From Phoronis australis (Eukaryota > Animalia > Phoronida), in NCBI GenBank assembly GCA_002633005.1, contig NMRA01000320.1, forward strand, positions 358,405 through 422,404: DNA of 64,000 nucleotides, written 5' to 3'. A program made the position numbers and the translations under genes. This document shows, one piece after another, positions 1-13,500 of this stretch (position 1 is its first letter; each line of letters begins with the position of its first letter). Below the pieces are notes generated by a model that saw only the letters and a program-made list of their open reading frames with translations, was not told the origin of the DNA and did no database searches.

Positions 1-2586
1 TGCACACATTCAAATCTTGTTTCAGCCGTATAATTTTAATTACATTACCCCCCCCCCCCTAAATCCGGCTATGAACTGAAACTAACATCAGACCACGTGG
101 GTTGACAGGAGGTGCATGGATAAAGCTAATGATAAATGCCGATTTAACTATAGTAAGTTAATACACAGCGATTCATACTAACCTCCTAAACAAGCTGCTT
201 TAAAGGTGTTTAACGATTCACTCAAATATTCCAACCTGTGTGAAAACAAGATTACCATTTAAGTTTTAATAAACGAAGTTTCTGCATGAACTAGGAAGAA
301 CCTTCCATGCCAGCCACGCATTGTTCTCCTCAAACTAATTGACGTGCGACATTTCATCATATTAACCTCTTGGTTACAACGGGGGACAGTTCACAGCTAT
401 ACCTGTTTCACAAATGTAGGTTTACAAAAAGGTTCGCTTTTTCCGATACCAAAATAGTTTTGTTGGTCAGTATTTATTTTCGTGTAAACCGTTCATGGAT
501 AACCATTTATTTCATCTTTTAAGAAATTGAACAAAGGTGATACAATTACAGCCCGCAAATCGATAACATGATATGCAGGCTGGTAAACGGTTCGCATGCT
601 TCTCAAGTGAAACATTTTTGTAGGTCAGTATTTATTTTCATATAAACTCTGTGTATGCTCTAAACGTCAAGATCTGTTTTATTCTGACATGATGAAAAGG
701 TCTTAATTATGGTGTAATAAATAATAAATAGGGATTGATTTTTTTTCTGGTCACATCGCATTTTGTATCGTGGTGAGGTGATCATTTGTTAGATAAATAC
801 TGCATACTGAAATTCATCTCAAAACAAAATTGATTAAGTTGAGCGTGCTCCATCAAAATAAACTATTAAATCGTTTGCGTTCAATGCAACGTTGAAATGA
901 AAAGGGCATGTTGAAAGCGATAAATAGTTCAGTGAATGTCGCCAAAAACGTGACAAAGAATAATTGATACGTATTCAAACAACCTGAAAAATCCATTTCG
1001 AGATATTGTTAGTTGGTAACAAATCAAAAGCTCACCAGGTCTAAGAGTGAGAGTTTATTGATCACTGCCCTACAATGAGTCTAACATGGTTCCCAGGGCT
1101 AACAACACTGACGTTACTGTAACATCGTGTAAGGTTCAACCTATCTAATGGGTCTGTGGAGCAAGGCTAACTCACCAATACTTACATATCTATCAATTTC
1201 GTGTTGAAAACTTTTGCATTGGAAATTGCACAGTATGCCATAAGCAATCATTTACACTTAGCACTGTCTATGCATGCACAGCGGGCATTTACGTTTCACA
1301 GTCTCAAAACTTGTGACATTTGTGCTCATAATATCGACTGATTCTTTTTCATTGGTATTAAGCCTACCTGCTAATTTTAGTGAACATATCCCAAAACAGT
1401 ATGGGGGCGGGTAAATTAGTCGCTTTCACCATAATGAACGATCGACCTTTGGAAGTACACGCCCCTCAGGAAGTTCTGACGTAACGACGAAGTAACCTTA
1501 ACGTGTATTAGATTCAGTTGTTGAGTAGTGTACCTGTTCTACGGCGCTTGGGACCCCTATATTTCCGGACACAAATGCAAACTCGAAATCATTTTCGATA
1601 TTTCCTAATCTTCTCTAGAAGGCACATGCACTTACGATAATTGTCTTTGATGTCAACTAAAGATCGCTATAAATTATCCAGATAATAAGTAAACAATCCA
1701 GCTCGCGTGCCCAACAGTTAGAAATTCCCGTTTGAATTCGAAATCTCGAGTTTGAAATCGCGTTTATAAGTCAGGTCAGCCAACCTGGATTATATGCACT
1801 CAACTACCTAAATCTCATCACTAGAGTTGGCCCCACTACTCAACAACTACTAAGTCAACAGAGTTCTTTCACTAAAACACGTTAACAGAAAATACTAGAC
1901 ACGACTTTGTAGCTAAAAGATTTACGCCACAGACTTTACAAGTTACATACAAAAACAACCTTCGTGGAAATTACAAGGATCTTCGTGAAAAATCACCGTA
2001 GTTTTAAAAAACTCAATCACGTGACTACAAAATCTGTGGTCGACCGTGAAAAGTGACTGAAGACTGAAGTTTGGTATTACGCTCCCACTTTGGCAATGCA
2101 AGTGGTAGCATAGTCACAGCCTAGTAGAAATAACTTGGCATTTTTGTCAACAAACTGATTAGATTCTGTGAACATCAATGATTTCATAAATGTGCAATTT
2201 CATTGGTTTACAATTGTTTGTTCTTAAAGAACAATTTATGAAAGTTAGCCCTTGGCAACGGTGACGGTCAATTCGCATTCGGCCCTATTTAGCTTGGTAA
2301 GAAACCATTATTGAATTAAAACATTTACTCTTCCAATAATGGTCTCGTAATATTCTTTACCCTGATAGGATTTCAATTAAGTTACCAACAAGAACATCAA
2401 AAACATCAGCGACAAAAGAAAACGCCTAAGACCCGACGTTATTAGAGTCGATCAACCATAAAGTTGTGAATTCGAAAATGGCGCATGTAAGTTTCTGTCA
2501 CTTGATCGAGTTACGACAATAACAGACATCAAACAACGACAATGTGGGTAATCATTTTGTTTAGGTTAAAAGTCAAGAAACACTTA

Positions 2587-3765
2587 CAGCCGATTTCATA
2601 AAGGTGGTTTAAAGTTAAACCTGGTTTAAACTGGACTTAGACCAGGTTTAATGATAATCTGCATTTCATAAAGGTGGTTTAACTTTTATACCAGTGGTTT
2701 TGTAAAACCTGGTTTAACTCCAGTTTAGACCTGGTCTAAGTCAGTTTTCATTTCACCAACGAGGTCTATATCCTTTAGACCTGTATTAAGACCTTAAACT
2801 ATGTTTAACTTTAGACTTGGTCAGACCCAGGTTTAACTGTTAAATATGTCAGACTTGCATGGTATATGTACAACTGAACGATGCCGCGGTGTGCAATTGC
2901 GACGCAGTTTTAGAGCAAAAATGGACTACTTCCAATATTCAGGTTTACTACGACACGAGATCAAACGTAGCAGGGGCGGATCCAGGATTTTTTAAAGGGG
3001 AGCGGACGGTCAAGGACTTTTTGAAAGGGGGGACCAAGTCAACAATTTGAAAATTATAGATTTGATATCATTAAAATCAAGGGAAAAAGGGGGCTCCGGA
3101 CCCATTGACCCCCCTGGATCCGCCTATGCGTAGACCAGTACGTGCTGGAGTGTGTCCTGCGGATTCCTCAGAATACGACTGGTCGAGCAGGTCTCATCGT
3201 CGCAAGCCTGACGGATTTGACTTAAGACAGCATCCTCTGATTCTTCTGACTGAGTTCCACCTTCACTGTTCTCCGATTCAATGTTGCCGGGAAGGGGTCT
3301 TGCCCCCCCTTTGGCCGCGAAAAATAAACACTAAAATAACACGGAAATAAATTTGGGCATTTATCATTTTACATCTAATCATCAGCATGTTCTTTAATGT
3401 GTGTGTGTGTTGGGCACACAAATAACATTTTTCCTCATGAGAAAAGCTTTTATACCTTTGTCGTTAATGTCTGCACAAGGCTGATTCTACTGGTGTATGC
3501 CATTCTATACCCACGTGATCAAGGTTTCATTGAAACACTTCAATAGTTTCTTTGTTGGGTTTACCTAGCTCGACACAGTTGGGTGCCTTTGATACTTTAA
3601 ACCTGGTTCTGCTGAACCAGCTCCCTTGTCTAGCAAAACCAGGCTTTCAGACTTTTAAACCATGTTGGTGAAATGCAAGTTAGGTTTAAAATTAGACCAG
3701 GTTTATGAAGACCAGGTTTAAGTCTTAAACCTGGTTTTGTTAAACCACCTTTATGAAATCGGCTG
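2587..3765. mobile_element. Non-autonomous PIF/Harbinger-type DNA transposon
   Basis: Perfect TIR cagccgatttcataaaggtggtttaa / ttaaaccacctttatgaaatcggctg. TTA TSD at 2584-2586 and 3766-3768. Subterminal arrays of aaacctggttt / agaccaggttt. Confidence 0.85.
2971..3128. mobile_element. CAG-ended ~160-bp MITE (hAT5-like) nested in the Harbinger element
   Basis: TIR caggggcggatccagg / cctggatccgcctatg; 5-bp TSD cgtag on both sides. Confidence 0.8.
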
Positions 3766-5289
3766 TTACAGTTCAAGTCGATAACAATCATGAAGAGGTT
3801 AGGCTGACAGGCATAGCAGCTTTTTCTTCGAAATCGCTGTCCCCCATTCTTCCAAGAAATCGCGACGGGGTCAACGGAGACAAGGTCAAGGAGACTTGTT
3901 CCGTGAGACACTCGGTAGAAAAGTTAGTGTGATCACGTGCTTGTAAAGACTTGCATGATCTTGCGGTTTCACGAGATTCTTGCGTCTACATAGATGGGTC
4001 GTATGCGGGTTAGCAAGGGAAGGGCAAATGCCAATGGATTAGGGAAAACTTAGGGAGATTCGGGCACGTCAGAAAAAAGCATACATTGGGTGCAACCGCT
4101 GTCAACGTACACCATGCAATTAATCCAGCACATGATTTCGTAAAAAGGGCTAAAATGCCTTCGTGGTTACCTAAATGGGAAAAATATCTAAGACCTGCTC
4201 TGTGCATTTATATTCCAATTTGTGGGTCCATGTCGCGTCATGATAGTGCCAGACACGTCATCACTAAACATTTGTATGATAAATTAGATTTCAAAAGAGA
4301 GCTTTCATTTGACAAATCTGTTTCCAACAGTTCAAATCAATTTTCGAAAGAAACGATTTTAGTAGTCTTAGGGAGATTCTACATAGCGTTCTCATCAAAA
4401 AGAATATTCCATAGAAATAACAATTTCAAACTTTGCGAGGGCAATGATTATTTTTATCGGATATGGAACGAAAAATATTATCTACAGTGATGATCTGATG
4501 TCGATGGTACACTAAGGGAACTGTGAAACTGTGAGAGGAGTGTATTGAATGGTGGCAGGGGGCTCAAATACTATCAGTTGAATGGAAGAGCTCAATAATC
4601 CATAGACGGTTGGTTTCCGTCCGATACAATAATGAAGTGGTCGCAGATGCTCTAATCAGTGTTACATATGTTATAGGGTATAAACCGTCCTTTTTGAATT
4701 CAGATATGTATTCTTGCATTTTTGTAAAAAAACGACAACGGGCATACTTCATCTGAATTGGTTTTGCTATTGACTCGCACTGCTTCTGGTCTGCACTTGT
4801 ACCACAGATCAACCACTAGATGAGCTTATCTTTTGCTCTTTTTCTACAGACGTTCAGACATACGTCACATGACTTAATATTTTAAATTTATATTTTTAGA
4901 CAAATATCACATTTAGTGTCCAAGATTAAGAACTTGCTGTTTTCAACATCTAAGAAAACTTTTAGTTTTCGATTATAACAATGTTGAAAAATGCGTTTTT
5001 ACAAAGAGTGTGAAATAGCCTAAAACTTGATGTCAAATCATATTTCACGTTTATTTGTGTCAAAAACTTGTGGCCCAAATTTCATTAACATCCAATTTAT
5101 ACAGACACATTTTCTCATGCAGTCAACACATTTAAGAGTTTTCCTCTTTTCCGGTATGTAAAATACAGGTACTTGATTACAGGGATATCCGGAGACTCGG
5201 AGTGGAACAGGCGTGTAAAGGATTCTTGAGCCGGGCGCTTTCAGTGAACTTCTCTCATTGCGACGTGACGTGTTCATTATATCCTTTTC

Positions 5290-5900
5290 GTATGAACATG
5301 AAATGTTATTCGTCTTCCACAAAGTTATCATCGCAGATCAAACAATGTCTATCGTCATAATCTATTTTCTCATGCCAACCCACTTCTACTTGTATTTTAT
5401 TGGAGCAACGTAAACGAGTAAATGTCTGAATGTAACTCCGAGGTAACAGCAGGTTAAGATACGGCTCAAAATGATACAGTATCTTAAAGCTACGGTAGTA
5501 CTTATGGCGTTTTGTATTCAGCTCAATGTCTGCATACCAACCTTGCTCGTGGCACCCTTTTGATTCATTGCGAGAAGATACGAGCTTTCGCATGCGTTAC
5601 CTTGATTTAACCAAATTTCATGAAAATCATATTTTGATAACACTTTTGTGACGATACTCAAGTTTACTATCCATTCTGATATAGTGTTAGCTAACATGCC
5701 ATGTCTAGAAAAGCATACACGGCATACTCCTATTAAAAAATTAAAATAACCTAAGGGAAATAAAAACAGTTGATACTATTAAGTTTTTTAATTGATTTAG
5801 GTAGCATATTGTAACTGAAATTTCCAATAAAATATCAAAAACAAACGGCATATTATCTATCTTGAACCAGTGTATTCCAAACCACGCTTTACTTATTTAC
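5290..5900 (-). mobile_element. Decayed 3' fragment of a non-LTR retrotransposon (RTE-X/CR1-like C-terminal Zn motif)
   Basis: Peptide FEPYL...TRLRCSN.IQVEVG...CLICDDNFVEDE*HF is typical of the post-RT region of LINE ORF2; contains stops and frameshifts. Confidence 0.65.
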
Positions 5901-7360
5901 AGTTGTTTAATTGTATCATACTGTTCATTTGGTATATGCCTGTAGGGTTATCGCTTAAGAAGTTTCCAAGAGCAAGTCGCCTTTTTTCCATGCGTATACA
6001 GTCTGAAAATTTCGGAAAACAGTCTGCCTGTAGATGTCACTGATGCTTACACATTTCGCGCCACGCAGATTTTGGCGTCGTTCTTAATCCGTGTCAATTG
6101 CGAACATGCGACCGTTACATAAAGACGTGTCATGTGATGTGTAATTACTGATGAAGTCGAATTGAGTATTTTGTATTCGTTATTATTATTATTGTATGCA
6201 CACGTGCAACTCCCTAATCATTTCACATTTGTAGTTTCGAGGATGACTTCAGATAATATACTCTATCCCGTAAAACCAAGGTGTTAATATTGATTACGTT
6301 GAATGCGTTAACCACACGTCAACTATTATACTGCTTCTTGATGATATATTTAACATGTCTTGCTTAAAGTTTTCTTACAAATTCATGAATAATCAATTAG
6401 CACAACATTTCTATAACTCTAGCATTCAATAAAATGTGCACCAAGAAAATACTTCACGAGTCACATTTCCTTCGCAATACAGAGAAATTTTCGTTTCAGG
6501 ATACGCTAGTTTAACTACCACAAGATATTGACACTACCTTTTTCAAGAAGGGCAGTGTCCCTAAAATGCTTCGAGTATTACATTCCACACTTAGTACACA
6601 GCTATTGCATACCTCACATTGTCACTGACAAAATATCAACTCACAGCCTGCAAGCATTCATTTGTTTTACAAAAAACACTCTATAGAGTAGACAAATATA
6701 ATGAAAATTGTTAAATAGATCGTTGTTTCATCTGTTCATGAAATTGAATCCTTATGTTCATTTACTAACTTCCAAGTGCTCTTATTAACTCTTTTAATTA
6801 CAATGTGTTATGATTTAATTGTTTATTCACTGAGTGTGTTTATTTTTTGTATAGTGGCATACTTTCAGCAGCGTAACTCACCATGGTACTTCTGATGTAC
6901 ATGAAGAACTATGGAAGGCATTACCACTCGACCGAGTATTCCTCTTCTCGTTAGAAAACGTCGTACGGAAAATGACGAATATTGTATCGAATGAGCGTGA
7001 GTCGTATATGAATCAATCGCTTTTCGTATCGTGCACAAACGTGTGAACCTTACTGAGGTTACTGGACAAAAATAAATTTTATGTGTTTAGCCATTTCATG
7101 TCAACACATTATCGAAAATAGGCACACACCGCGAGCATTTTGAGTCCTAGAAAGAGATTGTTGGGTTATTCCCAAGGGCATGCATCTCACGTAAGTAGCT
7201 GTACTTGATGGGCAACTGGGAGAACACGCGCGAGGGGGAACCCCGCGGGAATTAGGGTGCCCCACAAGAAATTTTCAGAATTTGTTTGTGTTAACATTTG
7301 TTTGTGTTCATTTCAGTGGTAACCTCCTGGAACGGTTCCATGATTTTTAAAAGGGGACGG

Positions 7361-7470
7361 AGGTGGTATCAAGGATTTTTAAAAAGGGGGGTCCAAGTCA
7401 ACAATTTTTAGATTTGATATCACTAAAATCAAGGGAACAGGGGGTCCGCACTAGCTTGGATCCGCTTAGG
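7361..7470. mobile_element. Truncated copy of the 2971-3128 MITE subfamily
   Basis: Shares caagtcaacaattt..agatttgatatca.taaaatcaaggga...tggatccgc with 3035-3123. Confidence 0.7.
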
Positions 7471-8089
7471 CTGTCACGTTCTATGAAAAAGTCGCAGGAA
7501 TCTTTCTTTACATGGTTGTCAGTGTGTTTACATGAGCTTTGAGCAACGTAATTGGTTAGACATATGTACACTGTACACCATCTTCCGACTGTCTGATCTA
7601 CACAATTAATTTCTTGCGTACCACCGTGAAAAGTTGACATTGCCGCATTTATTGGATGCAAAAGGGCAATTTCCAGGCCGTCCATCCAAGAGTGCATCCC
7701 CCTGAGCGGGGTCCTTACTATGAAAGACAAGTTGCCCAAATACTAGTGTAAAAGACTATTTCAGTAAAAATAAAGCACACCGAAGTTCTCGGGCTTTTTG
7801 GCCATCACTCTCCGTTCATAGCGGATTACACCGAACCGCCGTCTGAGCCAGAAATGTATGAATGGGATCCGAAGACGACTCCAATTTCTTCAAGTGCCTG
7901 TGTCACCCGAGATTAATAAGGCTTCAAGATTCCTCATACATGCGTCTAGTTTTTGAGCGATCTCTTGGAAAGCAAATTGAATCATTATAAACAAGGAGAA
8001 CAAGCTTTAGACAAAAACAAACATTACCGACCGGAACTAGTGAGCAGACGATGTCCATTTTTAAGCCAGTGCATAAATAAAGCCAATAA

Positions 8090-8918
8090 GGGCTGTTCCA
8101 GCAAAATCTGTATGGGAGGGGGGTAAGGCACTTTTATTTCGTACCCACCTCCCATATTTTTCATTTATTTCTCCAACCCATGACCCATAATTTTTTAATT
8201 ATTTTCAATAGGTTAAAATATAAAATCCAACACTTGCAAACAAATTGCCTCCAGGAGGACCTGTTAAGAACTTAGACGATTGACAGACAAGAACTAGTTG
8301 TCTTGTCCAATATTGTCAAAAACTAAAGTAGCCTGTGAGCAATACTTTTGGCAGCCACCAGGTGTATCTGTTCACCATGTGTCTATAATTTCAGTGAACG
8401 TTTTTTCATTTATAAGGATCTATGAATCTCAAACTGTCTCCACGAACTCTTTTATAATTCTATGTCAAGTGAATATTGGAACTTGTTTATCTTACTCCTC
8501 ATACTTTTTATTTAAAAATCATCAATTTTCTTATATGTGTTAACACCAGTTTAGTGTTGCATAACTTTTCAATTCAATAGGACCTGCAGACCAACAGTTG
8601 GCTCAAAGCAAGTTGCCCATGACTTGATTAATGGCTTAGTGAGCATATTGCCTGCTGTACACTGGCAATATGGGCTTTTTTGTATTGGGATAAGTTAGGA
8701 TATATGCCAATTGCATTTTTCGAGTTTTGACGGCTGAAGTAACCAACAGGTCAACATTAACAGGTCAAAAAATACCACCCATTTTAATGCATCGCTTCTT
8801 ACAGGAACGCTTCTTACAGGAACGACCACCCATGATTTGAGTTTTTTTCTGAAGACCACCACCCATGAATTTTTATTTCTACTGCCGTCCCCCCACACGG
8901 ATTTTACTGGAACAGCCC
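8090..8918. mobile_element. PIF/Harbinger MITE
   Basis: TIR gggctgttccag(c/t)aaaatc.gt.tggg; TAA TSD at 8087-8089 and 8919-8921. Confidence 0.85.
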
Positions 8919-10325
8919 TAAGCAAACACATGTTTTACTGAAAGCCCAAAATAAGTTACATTCAATGCACCCTTTACTATATATTTTTGATATGTACAAC
9001 GCTAAAGCTGTAACTGTACATTTTTGGAAAACACCAATGCAAAATTGCGCCGTGCTGTAGTTATTCTTACAACTATAGTTTTTCTCGTGATGAAAACCCA
9101 GCTCGTGTTTTTTCAAATACTGTATGAAAAAAATGCTGTTATAAACCACACGTGCTCTTCGTCATTAAAATTTTATTTCTTAAACGCAAACAAACTGACA
9201 CATTTGTATGAATGTTTCACGGGGGTTATTGATGTTTTATCAGCTACCATGCTCGTGAACACTGGTGAACCGAACAAGATGGACAAAAACACATACGCGT
9301 TGACTATTGAGTTGTTGTGTTCATATTGTTCACGTTTATTGTATGTCACTATGTGGTCCCCTGTGCCATTTTATTTTAGATTTATCCACAGGTATTCAGC
9401 AGTGTGTAGCACACCCTTGAGAAAGAGCGCATCGCTCGATACGTGGAGTATTTTAATATATTTTAGTACCGACGCTCGTCATTTTAGTTTTACTAGTTTT
9501 ACTATTTTATATTTTTATTCGTCGGTAACTGACGGCATTGTAACATCTATTTGATTTCACTATTGAGTTCCAAGCTTAAAACACGCACAGCTTTCTAGTA
9601 CTTAAATCGTCCTGAATATTTCTCAAATGTTACATTTCCTTCTACAAAATTGATATACAGGCCAAAAATTACATGGCACACCCAGAAAAGGTACACATTT
9701 TTAATTTAAGGTTTAAAACTAGATACAACGATAATTTCAAGAATCTTAGGTGAACTAGGATTTACCATGACGGTAAGAATAAATTGCACAAAATTATTCT
9801 ATTTCTTTTGCTACAAGACTTGAATGATTCGTTTCAGGACAAACGGTGGCGGTCAGGGTAATTGGTTGGCAGGTAAACGCCGGGGATGCCTTTCACATCA
9901 ACCATCTTAATTACAAAACTCTGGAGCTTCCAATAATAGCTAAGCGCAAACTACACAATTCAAATCAGTAAGATACTGGTGATTTAATACAAATATCACT
10001 CTATAAGTCACAAACTTGCTTAATATAGTCTGGTTAACCCATATATTTGTGTGTGTGGCTACGCCAAATCCTACACTAACTTGAATGAATCATGCGTGTC
10101 GACGATTCTTAGTCGTTTATGCGTTACCAGAAACAGTCCACGTTTCAGAAAACCAGCGCAAACCGTTGTGCATGAAGCATTTATATACAAACTTTCGTTT
10201 GACTTTTGAGGTGGGGTTCTTAAATTGGTTAAAGCAAATGACATTGACCTTTTCTTAGTAAACGTATCTACGTCCTGTATTGCCCGTTAGTAATTTAGAA
10301 TTTTCCCTTTGTACTTTGATGGCAT

Positions 10326-10510
10326 CTAAAACATGTAATTTTCTAAATTTGCCTGTTCTGACCAGGCAGGATAAGCAGCACCGTCCATTTCCGGTGCAAA
10401 AGTGTTTCTGTCCACGAGGCGATGATTCATTCCGCCAATCCGCGCCTTGCATTCAGGGCATGTGCTCTCCTGGTTCGCTCCACCACAATCACCTATGGCG
10501 TACACATGAC
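10326..10510 (-). CDS. ZNFX1: ZNFX1 last exon (rest of RZ finger, stop)
   Basis: Acceptor tttttag|; encodes (G)HVYAIGDCGGANQESTCPECKARIGGMNHRL...WSEQANLENYMF*. Confidence 0.93.
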
Positions 10511-13500
10511 CTAAAAAGATATTGAGCCCAGGAATTATCAAAATCTGAGTTGCTATAAACGTAAAACGTTCTATACAACTTTTTATTCCCGAGTCGCTAG
10601 CCTGTGTTCCTCTAATATTTTTGAGATGTGCATTCAACTGTAATACATGTAAGTAAAATCCCTGTAGGAACTATCCTTTAAAACAAAGGCCAATAAAACA
10701 AAATACGTCCATTCGTTTTTAAAAGAGAAACTAAACAACATTTATAAACACCTTCAACAATTCTCTCTCCATTCATACCCATACTCAGCGTCGGTTTTAG
10801 CGCGGGTACAAGGGGGCCATGCCTCCCTAAAATTCTCCCACATTCCATTTAGCAGTTTGGGGGTGCGAATGCTTGCCCTGGCCCCCCTAACTCAAAATCC
10901 TGGATCCGCTAATGGATTAAGAAAGTGTTCGTCTATACATCAGGTTCGTCTGTACTCAAAGTACAAGCAGCATTTGTATACAAATTACGAATAGTGGCAA
11001 TGCTGTATACGACTACCTAACTATGCACCCATTGAGTAAAATGCACTCAAATTCAGACATGTGGAAATTAAGTATTGACTTACCATTTTGACATTTAAAC
11101 CAATGACCTTTTTTTCCAAACCCCATGGCATTCACTATTTGCACTCGCTCCTCTTCAGAAATTCCAAGTCCACCAACTTTTGACTTTATTTTCTGTAACT
11201 TTGTCTTGATAGCGTCTTCACTTCTAGCATCTAACTTTTTGCCACTCCTTAGGATACGACCAACTTGATCGATCAGCTCATCAGTCTCGGGTGATACTCC
11301 TTGTTTGCAGCTCATGCGTAGAATATGGTAGTTAACAGTTAAAGACATTCTTATCAGTTCTGTGTTGAGATCGCTGGTTTCTTGATCACTGATGTGGTTG
11401 CGTGACTCGGCAATCCAATTTTCCAACGTTTCCAACTCTTTAAGCAATTCATTTCCAACATTTTCATCTCGAGTGGACACCTCTTCGTGGGTTCTTTCGC
11501 CACGACGCAACTGTAAACGCTGAAGTACGCCTGACACCATAGAAAGACTGCTACCAGTACGCTTTAAAATGTCTTTTCGTACTTTGAGTTTTATGGATTC
11601 GATTTTTTTGACAAAAGCTAGCTGATTCTTGATAATGCTGATAGTCTCCATTGACACAGTGTTGTATTTACTATCCAACACTGCAAGGAAGTCAGAATAA
11701 GGAGAAAAAGATCCAGCCTTCGTCAGTTCTCTTCTTAGAGCAATCGTTTCATTCCTGATATTACTGTCTTCTCCAATAATTTGCCTTTTTACCTTTTCGA
11801 TGTCCCCAAGTATCTGATTGAGGATTGTTCCGTACCTTCGGTTGCGCCTGATCGGGGTTTTGCATCTTGGACACGTCTTCATCTGAATGTCAACTCTACT
11901 GCTGTTGGCATGTTGCGCGCTGTCTATCCACGTGTCCAATCCAGACATCTCGAAGACATGACCGCAGTCTTCTAGCTCGACAAACAGTGCCCCTTCCTCG
12001 TCTTCATCTCCAAAGAAGATTTCTGTCACCTCATCTTTGTCACAAATGCGACATTTTCTGGGGCAAATCTCTCCACAGACGCCAATACATGGATGACCAC
12101 ACTTAAGACGCAGGCTGCACGGCCGATCACATCGTGGTCTGTTGCAGGGTTCACTACAGAGCATAGTGCACTTGTGGTGTCTGCAACGCCATTCACAGGG
12201 TTCTTTACAAGGAACGCACGGTTGTCCACACTGGTTGGTACACTTGCTGTGTTTGCACCTGTTATCACATTTCTTTAGACAAGGTGGACAGTTACTTGTG
12301 CAGGGTTCTTCGCAGGCATGGCCACAGACAAGAGTTCGTCCGCAGTTGTGCTTACACGAAACGTGAAGACGGCCCTGAAGGCATTCACCACAAGTGCCAA
12401 CACAGTCGTGGTCGCACTGGAGCTTTGTTTGGCATGGTTCGGGACATTTGAAATTGCCCGGATTCTTATAACACTGCGTTTTCACAATGTGGGTGCACGG
12501 CCATTGTCGGGTGACCAATTCAGTGCACTGGTCTTGGCAGAGTTCTCCACATTTGTTTTTGCATTTATGACCGCATCCCGTCAGGGGTTTGTTGCACGTT
12601 TCTTGGCAAATAAATGTGAACGGAGACTGCTGGCATTTCATCAGTTGTTCGTGGCCACATCTTGGCACCTGCTTAAGCACACGGGTTTCACACGGACCAC
12701 AGTCTTGATAGCATTTTTTCTTGCATCTGTGTTTGTTCTCGCATATTTCCTTGTCACATGATTTCATGCACTTGATCTTGGTGTGTTCCATATCGTCATG
12801 GTGACACGTTCTCGGACAAACATGCCCACATTCTAAACGCACGGCACAAGGTTCCGTACAACCTCCTTCTGGAGCCTTCATGAAATCTTCAGCGCTCTTA
12901 GCCAGAATTTCCTTATCCTTGTGGTTTTGACAGTACAATGGCAATTCTTTTCCCAGGAAGTTTTCTTTCTTTGCTATTCTCACCAACTCTCTCCATAACG
13001 TTGTTTTAACGTTCGACTGGAGAAGATCAAAATTACCAATTACATACATTCCTTTTCGTGCTCGGGAGAGAGCAACGCAGACGCGATTTTCAATAGACAG
13101 GAAACCAATATTTCCATCGGGGTTGCTTCGCACCAAGGACAGGAGAATGATGTCATTCTCTTCACCTTGAAAATTGTCAACCACTGTCAGACGTACGCCT
13201 TTGAAAAAATCCCTGGGTTTCATGAACTCCCGTATCTTGAACAGCTGACCGGCGTACAACGTTAGTACAGTAACCTGACTGGCTGCGTAACCTTGTAAAA
13301 TCAAATAACGACATAGAGCAACAATATACTTAGCTTCGTGAGAGTTCGACTTACTCTTCAGTTCATCGTTGTGTGTCTCGGGTTGAACGTGATCGATGAA
13401 GAAAAGGTCTGTCGAAACGCCTTTGACGTGCTCAAAATTGTAAACGCTCTTGTCATTTTCCAAATCCCGATATATCGGCTCCATCAGTTGCGCAATTGTC

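Noticed and set aside
6140-6170. ctgatga...gaa as a hammerhead core
   Set aside because: No stem II and no GAAA..NUH arrangement.
9024-9554. 176-aa ORF (likewise the 177-aa ORF at 24304-24837 and the 160-aa ORF at 22543-23025)
   Set aside because: No motifs or exon support; the latter two run through MITE sequence.
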